Positions 52,953-64,000 of a DNA stretch of 64,000 nt are shown here, one piece after another. Both the position numbers and the translations under genes were made by a program. Each line of letters opens with the position of its first letter. The stretch's first letter is position 1. Under the pieces are notes generated by a model. The model did not search any database, was not told the DNA's origin, and saw only the letters and a list, made by a program, of their open reading frames with translations. The DNA lies in contig CM022666.1 of the NCBI GenBank assembly GCA_012295275.1, forward strand, positions 3,596,001 through 3,660,000, in the 5' to 3' direction. The DNA comes from Chrysomallon squamiferum (lineage: Eukaryota > Animalia > Mollusca).

Positions 52953-55900
52953 CGCACGCACGTGCGCACATGCACACACTCACTCCCAGTTGTGTTTAAG
53001 AACTAACAAAGAAATACTACATTGCATAAATAATATACGAAGCAAAGGACTACCAATCCATTTATTTTTTATTTATTTTTTTGTTGCTGTTGTTGCTGCT
53101 GTTATTTTTTTTCACAAGGCCAATGTTATTACACATTAACTTAATAATTGAGCCTGTTATACATTTTAATGAAATCTGTCAAATCAAATATTTAGATCAA
53201 AAATCTTTAACTATATTAAACAAATCAGTAATTCACTTATGCATTGTCTCTCTACTTTCATATATGCCATTTCCAAAACACATTTCAAAAAAAGAAAAAC
53301 ATTACACACACATACACACACACACACACACAATGCTATTTTTATTTCTCATGGTAAGATCTTACTTACAAGCAAAACTATGCAAAAAAATAAATGTACA
53401 AAAATGTTCCCACATAACTAAGATACATTCTATTTTCTAGACCAAATATTAACTACCAACTACCCTATTCATTCCTGAGCATATTAGTTAGGTTATTCAA
53501 AGCAAACTCCATTTGAAAAATTATATATGTATTTACATATAAATAATATAGCCATACTATTTACGTATTATATGACAACATTTGGAATTACTCAAAAGGA
53601 AAAGGTAATACTTGGCAGAATAAATGACACTAAAAAGTTTTGTTAAAATATATAACATTTTATAATAATAAAAAAATAAATAATAAAACAAACAAGGGAA
53701 GAGAACTTGTATCATATTACTGACATTTTATCTTTACATACAAAATACACAAAACATGAAATAATTAATTTTTTTTAAATAGTTTTTATTGCAGATTACA
53801 GATTTTTATTTATATATTTTTTGTATAAATGTTTTAATTTTTTTTAATTTTATTTATTTAGTTAATTTTTATAAATCATACAATTAACATTTTTAATTAA
53901 TAAAAAATATAAACTCAAGAACAAAAATAATAAAATACAATATTTTTTATATTATAAAAAAAATAATAATAGAACAAATTTAAAAAATAGTAGTAACATT
54001 ATAACATACACCAGCCATCATAATTTTATACCAGAGTAAATATTAAATTGTTTTACTTCTATGTTGTTCAAAACACAGATAGTAATTTGTCTACAAAACA
54101 TAGTTCAAATGGACAGTTGATGGACACTGGGAAAACACTACGAGTGGGCACTTTACAGAAATTAAACCTCAGGAAGACCTAAAGAAAGTGATATTTCACT
54201 GAAGACCATTCTGGTTAGAAAAGATTTTGTGAGTATGTTAAGCTTCAAGACAGTGAATGCATTATGCACGATAAAAATATTTCTTCATTTTTGTTTTCAT
54301 ATTTTGTAACTTAATTTTGTTGGTTTGCAGTGTATGTATTAGTTTTTAATCTTGTTTTTAACCAAAATAGTTAACCAATATATTTGGATGGCAATATTTT
54401 TATTTTATTTCTTTATTTCTTTATTAAAATAAATAAATTTTTGAATTTATAGTAAGTTACAAACTAAAAACTAACAAAGTACTTTATTAATTAAACACAC
54501 TGGAATTGATCCTGTGTGTTATTTATTATTTGAATACTACTATTAGTATTACTACTACAAAAACTATTACTTTTGTTAAATTCAACAACATTTCTCAAAC
54601 TAAAATATATATTTATATTGAAAATTGTGAAAAAGAAACAAATATTTCTAGCTTAATATATATTAATCATGATTTTAATTACACTTGCTTCCTTTTTGTT
54701 CATTTTAGCTTTCAAACTAAGAGAAGAAGAAAAAAAATTGTTTTATAGCAATATGCATCTGTACATAAATCTAATAAAGCTATGCAATGATTTCATACCA
54801 CCAAGAAAAAAATCAAGAAAAATCAAGAAATTTCCAAAACAGAGCAAAATTCAGACAAATAAAAATAAATCTATAAAATCGAATACAAATAAAACCGAAA
54901 AAAAAAAAAAAAAAGAAGAAATGTCATATTTATTTATATTACAAATAACTCTTGACCAAATAAAATATTATAATCCACACAAAATAAAGAAATCAAATGA
55001 CATTTTCAACAGATATAAATTTGGACTTATTTTCTGTCTTGTTGTTAAGTGTCTCCCTGACAAAAATTCAAGACACAAAAAAAAAAAAATAATAACTGGT
55101 GTCCACTGGTGCCATATTTATAAATGTTTGTTAAATAACACATGTGTAATAGAGAGCAATAACATTTAAAATAATTTAATTACAAAAAAATAATAATAAT
55201 AAAAAAAAATACCCTAGTCAGAAAATCGAGTACATTTCTTAAATCCACTTTTATAGGTCAAGAGCAAGTAAAAAAGAATTTTGCAGAGTTGAATAACGAT
55301 CTCTTTAATTTTCAGTTCATTGAAAACTCATTTTCAAAAACAATTTTTTTCCCATACAGACAGCAGATGAACTTAATCAACAAACAGAATATTCCTTCAT
55401 TTGAACAAGATCTTGAAAACACTGAAAAAGTTGTTGGGTTTGTTTGTTTGTTTGTTGTTTTGTTTTTGTTGTTTTTTCTGTTGTTTTCTCCAATACCCAA
55501 AGAAATCATTCATTGTAAATGAATCCTTTTCTCCATGAATTTGCCAACAGTGGAACTGTATCTTCAGAAGTCTTTTATAAAAAAAATTAAAAACAGGTTT
55601 GCGGATCAGTACGGTTAACAAACTATTTATAGTTGTAGTAGTAGTTGTTGTTGTCAACAAATTATTAATAGATGTTGCTACTGTTGCTGTCCTTTCTTTT
55701 GAAAAAGAAAATGCTACACACACCAATCCTAACCACAGAGAGGAAATGAAATCAAACGACAAACACTCATACACTGAAAATACTGAATTAATGTTTCTGT
55801 CTCCTTTGACAATTTAAGTATTATGTATGTATGTATGCATGTATGTATATATATATACTTAAAGATCTACATACATACACTCAAACAATGGACTTAACAC

Positions 55901-56171
55901 TGTAAATACATTTCACATTATATCAAATAATCTGTTTCAATCAACATCCTTTTTTTTTTCTTCAATTCTTAACGATTTTTTTTAAGTTGACAATTCAGTA
56001 GCATTTTTTTTTCATATATATATATATATATATTTGTTTTTGGTATATTCCTCTTTTTTTTCCCCTTTCTAAATATCTCCTTTTCATCAGCCAAAGCAAA
56101 TTGTTTTAGTTTATACTGTACACTGTAGAAGATGAACAAAATAACAAAGTTAAATTCCAAATGTTAGGTCC

Positions 56172-59100
56172 TCATGCTACATATGTGTAGACTTTCCTGA
56201 AAAAAAACACAAAAAAATTATTAGATATAATAAAATACAAACAAATAAATAAATAAATAAATAAATGATGATTATTATTGTAAGTATAAACAGATGTGTC
56301 CATGAATAATCAATTAATAATACAAAAAAATATATAAATTATTACTTATTTATCTACATATAGAACATTTATAACAGAAGTATTATTTAAGACTTATCAT
56401 TCAGGTAAACAAATCAGTAAATAATATTTAAAATATAATTTAAAAAAAAAAAAAATGATTTAATAAAATAATTTTGAGATATTAATCAAAATCCATTCAA
56501 GTCTGAGCTTTGATTATCTTCTCTATCACGCATACTAATTTACAAGCATGAAATGCATGTTCATATTCAGACACACACACTGACTTACCTGTCTTCAGGA
56601 GATCTGGCCAAATATTCTCTCTCTATTAAACCTTCTATTCTTTTCTTTATCACAACAGGACTAGGCAGAAAGCGCGGCTTCAACATTTCAGTACACTGAC
56701 GTAAAAGAAGAGAAAAATCAAAAAAAGTAAAAAATAAAAAAAACCTGTCAAGACAATAGAAATAAAATATCTTGTACTTTTTACCTTGATACAGGTAATC
56801 AGTTAGGAGTCCAATATCAAAATAAAATAATTTAATTAATAATAAAAATTATAAACCAACTAACTAACTAAATAAATAAATAAAATAAAATAAAATATTT
56901 AAATGTATATATGTGTGTGTGTGTGTGTTTGTGTGTATATGTGTGTGTATCTATATATCAAAGAGAATAAAATTATGACATCCCTAACACTTAATTAAAA
57001 TTAAAATTAAAAGAATACTCACCTCTGCTACCAAGACGTTGTGTTGTAATTTCTTCCTAGCTTTCATTATTCTTACCAGAGCAGCTTCTATTGTACAGCG
57101 TGGTTAAAGATTATCAACAAGTAAAACCAAAAAACACAAAACAAATTCTCATAACATTTCCAACAGTGACATAATTAGTACAAAAATTCAATAAAATAAA
57201 ATAAAATAAAATAAAATAGCAAATTGGTTTCAGTAAAAGTAAAATAAATGAATAAATAAATAAATATTAACAAGATTTATAAAAATGATGTCTTTTTTTA
57301 AAGAAATAAAATTGAAAAAAAAATAAAGTAACAAACAAAAAGATCTTCAAGATTAAAAACCAAACAACAAAATCCTCAGAATGTTACTGTTATATACTAC
57401 TTCAGAGTCACAAAGCATTTATTATTGCTTTTGGCAATCGAGATCTGGAGCAGTGGTTAGAATTGAAAATCACTAATTATTAAAGGATATTCATGTTTCC
57501 TATCTTCATCAACTTTTGTTCTAGTTTCTTTTCTTTCTGGTTCTGCTTCGCCTTTGTTTGCGGCAACTAAAATATGAAAATTACTTTATAAGTAATAACA
57601 TGCCTCCAAAAAAAAAAAAAAAAATTAAAATTAAGAATGAAAAAAAAAAGATCAAAAGAATAAAGAATGAATAAGCAGATATAACAACAGTCAACATACA
57701 AACACTAGAAAAAAAAGTAATATAAAAATAATATTAAAAAATAAAGAAGAATTAAAGCAAAAATGGCAGAAGAAATATAAGAAAAGTCAAATCATAAACA
57801 CAAAATTCTTTTAAGAAAATGTAAAAAATTATAGAAAAAATAATGATTGAAGAAAAATTAGAAAGAGAGAGAGAAAGACTGAAAGAAAAAAAGAAACAAA
57901 GTCCATGAGTAAGCTCACCCATTTGAATTTTGACCCTGAAAAGTTTGGACGAAAACTGATCATTGACTGTGAAGACATGTGCTGGTTCTGAAATATCATT
58001 TTTAAATAAATATAAAATGTAAAAATGTTATCATTTCATTACATAATATATAAAGATATAAATGTCAAGTATGAGAATGAATGTCAGGTCATTAATGACA
58101 ATTTCACTTTAACAACAATCAGTAATATTAACAACATTACAAATAAGAGAAATTTAATAATAAAATACTCAATTATATGAGTAATAATAACAATAAAAGT
58201 AATAACAATTAAATTGTGTTAATAATAACAAATAATATTTAATAATAATAATACAAATAACAAAAATTAATGTTTATAAGAAGTAATAGTAGTAATAATA
58301 AGAAGTAATAGTAGTAATAATAATAATAATAAAGTCTCACCAATATCTTTAGTTTTAGGTTCCTTATGGAGAGCTCTTTGAGTCAATTTGCCCACTGCCA
58401 ATGACTGCAGGGCCCGAGTTAGCTCCCTTTCTGGGATATCAGTCTCAGTCTTTATTTCCTTTAAAAAAAAAATTTAAAAATTTAAAAAAAACATTTATAT
58501 TAATAAGTGCAGTAGTTTAAATGAATCTCAAAAAATAATATAAAGTGACAGAAAATATTACTGATTAAAACAAGAATTGCTAACACACACAAACACATAC
58601 AAAATAAACTATCAGGATAATCAGACTGATAAACTAAAGAAGCTCTCAGATTCACTGACTCTTTCTCATCTTTGTTCTTTATTTAACTTATTGATAGGCA
58701 TGTTCTCTTTTGGACTCTTTCTGAAACACACAAACTCAAACACCTGCACACACAACACACATACTAAAAAAATAAATAAATAAAAAAAGAGAGAAGGAAA
58801 TTAAAAAAAAGAACCCAATAACAGAAGTTTTGGAAGGAACCGAGACAAAAAAATGTGACAAAAAACAACTGAGATAAAAAAAACAAAAAAAAACAGCAGA
58901 CAACACCAAAAAAAATAAAAATAATAATAAAAATAAAAAACAGTAGTAATAATAAATCCAGAAAACAGAAAGTAATTCATAAAGACATAATAAAACAGAA
59001 AAAAACAACAAAAAAAACATGATTTAGGTAAAGATAACAAGAAATGCATACTGAAACAAAACATACCAATTAACGCATACAATAATAACATTTTTTTAAA

Positions 59101-59831
59101 AATTGAAAGAATATTATGTAACGTACCTCGTAAGTCCATTTTTTGCAGTTGTTGTTAAACAACATCAATATACACATCTGGTAGGTGGACACTTGCAGTA
59201 TGTGTTTTCTTGGACCCTTGGCAGAGCTGGCTGCACTTTCTGAACTGTCTTCTTTCTTGGGACCGTAGAATGTGGCATGCAGATCTGCAGATCCTAACTG
59301 GGGTTGTAAAGTCAACTGCCTGCCACTGTGCTTTGCTAAATAAAACCTGCAACAACATAGAATGTGCTTTTAAAAAAAAAAAAAGGATAATCCTTTGAAA
59401 AGTTATAATGAAAGACTTGTCAAAAGCTTAGACGTAATATCATACATGATAGTGTTCATTTTTAATTTTGTTTGTTTTTTTTTTTTTTTTTTTAAAGAAA
59501 AATTTAAAAAAAAAAAAAAAATAAATAAAATCATCCATAAACCTTCAAGACCTTTTGTTTTTACACTGTGCAGTTAGTTTGCAAGGAAAGTCTTTTTAAT
59601 GAATAAGATAAAACTATTAAAATAAAAAAAAAATATTTAAATTTAAATTAAAGAAATATATATATTTGTAAGGCTTTGGTGTAAAAGGAGCAAACAGAAT
59701 TTAATAAATTTTCTGTGACAGACACACCCACTGGCCTGCCAGAAAGTGTCGTAGATGTCCTTCACAACAGCTCGCTCTGATTAGCATGTTAAATTTTTTC
59801 CAGTTCCAATTTAATAAATAATTTAACAACA

Positions 59832-59875
<44 letters not shown>

Positions 59876-62645
59876 AGTCAATTTTAAAAAGAAAAGGTAG
59901 AGAATGTAGCCACTGGTAAAATTGTAAGACATTACCTCCTAAATGTTTCAAAGGCTGTTCTAGGAGCCTGAGGAATATTGCACCGAGGTGTGGCCGACTG
60001 GGTGGGCCAGAAGCCTGTGGTTAGCACCCGCACTGTGAGATCAACCCCCGACAGATTTACCTGAGACACAACAATAACAATAATAGTTATAATAATAAAA
60101 GTATTAATAATAATTATAATAATAATAATAACAACAATAATAATAATAATAATTATAAGTATTAATAATAATAATAATAGTAGTAATAGTAGTTGTGATA
60201 GTAATAGTTGTAGTAATAGTAGTAATAATAATAATAATAATCATAGTAGTAGTGGTAGTAGTAATGGTAATACTAATAGTAATAGTATTAGTAGTATTAG
60301 AAAATAGTAACTGAAGTAGTAATAATAATCTGAAATAAAAAATAAAAAGTGGAAAGAATATAATTAAAGAAATTTTAAGAAAAGGAACAAACCAAAAACA
60401 ATACAATAACTGAAGACTCACTAAATTAATTTCAATTACAGATGAAAACAGAACTTACATTTGCCTGAGGTACATAGGTCTTGAATTCTTCATTGATTGT
60501 GTTTGACACTGTCATATCTTTAAACATTCCCTCCAGCTTTGATGTGAACTGGCAGCCACATTCAGTCTAAATATGTATTTGTTTTTCAAATACAACAACA
60601 AATTAAATTAGGCCTCATTTTGGAATCAGGCCTCATTTTTAAAAACAAAATGTTTTATACAATTATACACACAGAATGTTATATGGATGTGTGTGTAATT
60701 GATATGCTAATGGGCTGGAGTTACTATGGTAATCTGTAGCCATGCCCCTCCCTCCCTCTGCCCATTTTTTTTTTTTTATTTTACTCTCACTTAGCCAGGT
60801 CTGGTATTAAGAAACAATTAATTGGAAATTTAGTTACATTTCTTATTACTATATCTACAGATAAATATTTAAATTTACAAATACTGTAATTTAGTAAATC
60901 ATTATAATAAATTAATCAATCAAAAAAGTTAAACATTTTTTAAAAACTTTAAAAATTTCAATATTTTGTTACTACTATAATGAAAAAATATAAAAAAAAA
61001 AAAAAAAAAAAAAAATCTCTAAAACAGTATCTACATCCATAAAATGAAAACTGCAGATCTTCAAAAATTACTCAGACAAACATTAATTTAACCAATGCTA
61101 TTTTTATTATTTTCGACTATTTATTGCACGGGTTCATCCTTCTTTTTTCCTTTTTTTCTGTCTTAAAAAAAAAAAAAGAGTGATTAGTAATTTGAAAAAT
61201 TGCTGACTACAAACCTTCAGCTTTGAGATCATGTTTTTCTCTGAGTCATCTGAAACACTCTTGTTGAGGAGAAGTCGTCTGGCTAAATGTTGTTTGTAGT
61301 ATCGCTCGAATACGTCCTTCTCCTGCAGATAGCGGAACAGTACCATACTCTTGTCTAGAACATTCTCTATCTCCTGTTCAGTCATCTGTAACAATAATTT
61401 TTTTTTTTTTTTTCTCAAATGTTCTTTTTAAAACAGACGAATTTAATCAATTCATCAACAAACAAAACAAAAAAATCTATAAAATAATACATTTTTAAAA
61501 AAAAAATGTTTTTATTAAGACAGAATTAATCAATTCATCCCAAAAAAAAAAAAAAAAAATGTAAATAATTAAATAAAATGTTTTTAAGACAGAATTAGTC
61601 AATTCGTCCAAAAAAAAAAAAAAAGAAGTAAATAATTAAATAAAATGTTTTTATTAAGAAAGCAGAATTAAAAAAATTATATTTGGAAAAAAGTTCTTAT
61701 TGAGATGACAGAATTCCATCTATTAATAATTTTTTTTTTTTTTATATACGTTATTAAACAAGCAATAGTCTATCAATTCATCATGAAAACAAATTTGTTG
61801 GAAGAGTACCCATGTCTTTTTAAAAACGGTAATAATTTTGAAATGTTAAAATTGTCATTTGTAATAATAGATCATGGTGCTATTCATTTTTAGAACCCTT
61901 TGGCATTTGTAAGAATAGATGACTTTGTTTTCGTTTATTTTCATTTACTCCTTTTTCTTAATTATTTTTTTAGTTAGATAGTTTTGGTTGCTTATTTCTT
62001 TCTTTGGTAATGGTGATATTTTTATTTAAAGTACACATCTTTAAATCAGTTTTTAATTAATGTCACTGAGTTTTTTCCACAATCCAAGTAATTCAGAAAT
62101 TCTTGCAGTTTTTGTAAATGGCACAAGAGCAGAATTTTTTTTTTATTTTATTTATCACTAACAATATCTAAAGCATACATCATAATATTTGGCTCATATA
62201 CTGACCCTTTCCAATACAAAAAAAAAAAAAAAAAAAATTAGAAATAATAATAAATAAAATAAATAAAAAATAAAAATAGCATATATAAAAATATATAAAT
62301 AAATAAATAAATGATGTTAACCTATCTAGCATATAATGTATTTTGTAAACTCGAACATTATTAAAACAAAATAATAATTATTTCAACAAGAGCGTACCCC
62401 CTTGACTCCCTTCTTAAGTTTGTCGTCAATAAATAAAGAAAGGAACTCTGGCGATTTTGTGTTGAGATTAATGAAGTACTCAAAGTCACTAGAAATCATC
62501 TGTTTGAACTGCTTGTCATCACTGAAAGACTCGTGAAGAAAATGGTCAAACCGATCTTTCAAATCTAACAAACTCTGGAAAAAAAAAAAAAATAAATAAA
62601 TAAATAAGCAATAATAACAAAATAAATGAATTTGAAATTAAAAGG

Positions 62646-62676
<31 letters not shown>

Positions 62677-64000
62677 CAAAAAAAAATAAACAAAAAAATG
62701 AATTATAACAAAATTTAATTAAACATAGTCAAGATTCTTTTTACCTGTCAGTCCCTCCCTACCTCTCTCATGCACTCACATATACATGCATGCATGGACA
62801 CAGTTAACTTTACAAAGTATTATTTTCTGAACTAATTTAATGTCCCAATACACACACAACAATACATCTTTAATTATTTTAATAATGTAAAAAGTCAGCA
62901 ACTTACTTTGATAAAAGAAACAACACTTCAGCATTAATACATAATATACCTTTTTCATCTGAAGAATTAGTACTAGTTACAGGAAACAGCACTTTGGGAT
63001 TTCACCTTGGGATTTCAAGGAGTTCCTGACATGCCTGTTAACCCTTTGCACCTGATTGTGCAGAACATGTCATGCATATTTGGTATCTTTTCATATCCTT
63101 CAGGCATTCCTTCAGACATATCAGGTGGGTTTTAACTCCAAAGATGAGTTTTTGGTCTCAGCGAAGTGCATACATGTAGAAAATGTACTTTGTAATGCAT
63201 TGTATCAATCATTCATGCAGATACACATTTTTTAAATCTATATTATGGCTAAACAAAAAATATTGCGAGAAGGTTAAGCATCAGAAACACCTAGTTCACT
63301 CAAATTTATGTGAATTTTATGCATATATGTAGGCTACAATGTACACTCGGTGATCAAGAGAGATGGTGATTCCTAACATCCAGAATTGATCATTCAGGTT
63401 TTAGTTAATCAAATGTTAATGGCAGAAAAGGTGTTATTTTCATGGACGTGCATTTTTTTAAATCTATATTGTGGCTAAACAAAAAATATTACACCCAGGA
63501 AATTTTTATATGTTTTAGTTAACGTGGGAGATTAAATTTCAATAAAGGTCATCTAAAGGTCACGTGATCCACATGGTCAATTTTATGAAGATTGGCCCAG
63601 TAGTTCCTGAGATATGAGGATTCAAAGGTTGGTAATCATGCTGATTTTTGCCAAAAATCTGAAAATTCGGAGGGTTATATCTCCCACACCACTTGTCTGA
63701 GTGGCCTAAAATTTCAGATCTGGTGCTGTGGGATCCCAGTCAACAAGCATACCACATTTTATAGAAATCTGAGACGGTCGGGTTTAACCCATTGGGTGAT
63801 TTGACACAGAATGACCCAGTGTTATTTATCTAGATTTAGAAAATGGCTCCTTTGCCAGCTCAAAATATACCTTTTATCATTTCAAAAACTTAATAATGTG
63901 TACCTGGATGTAGGAAATGGCACTTTTACCCTCTTCTACATCCTCCACTGTAAGAGCTCGTCCCTGTTCTCGAAGATATTTGCTAATACAATCACACATT
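56172..64000 (-). CDS. cul3: Cullin-3, 3' part. Exons >64000-63904, 62574-62398, 61385-61215, 60566-60459, 60060-59936, 59346-59127, 58458-58341, 57987-57919, 57566-57491, 57092-57023, 56695-56589, 56196-56172
   Basis: The spliced frame gives [109 protein letters not shown] (neddylation motif) and [28 protein letters not shown]. Confidence 0.97.
57093..57490 (-). other. U12-type (minor spliceosome) AT-AC intron in cul3
   Basis: 5' ATATCCTTT, branch site TCTTTAAC ~10 nt before a terminal AC. Removing it restores RKHE/IEAA. Confidence 0.93.
63030..63820. mobile_element. Probable non-autonomous transposon remnants in a cul3 intron
   Basis: A GC-richer island with aaggtca motifs and an internal direct repeat (ttttttaaatctatatt(a/g)tggctaaacaaaaaa at ~63170 and ~63455). 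No ORF; family not assignable. Confidence 0.4.

Noticed and set aside
54669-55169. 166-aa + strand Lys/Ile-rich ORF
   Set aside because: Low-complexity A-rich sequence antisense to the probable cul3 3'UTR, with no recognisable motif.

Overview
AT-rich, microsatellite-rich animal (probably invertebrate, mollusc-like; taxon not determinable) genomic DNA with spliceosomal introns. All exon boundaries were read by hand. Right end (56172-64000, - strand): the last 12 coding exons of cullin-3, including a U12-type AT-AC intron. The remaining ~52 kb is a tandem array of TNF-superfamily ligand genes on the - strand. Five copies have four coding exons: TM/Cys-rich stalk, 37-nt micro-exon, 108-nt exon and THD exon. 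Four are intact (258-264 aa) and one has a 2-nt frameshift. Around them lie five orphan exon-1 copies (one inverted), two start-only stubs and small relics of exons 3 and 4. Interleaved with the TNF units are scattered, mostly broken exons of a second, unrecognised multi-pass membrane-protein gene that can be reassembled across several locations. The array also contains two ~1.5 kb inversions, Tigger/pogo and MULE-FLYWCH transposon remnants, and several mini/microsatellites.
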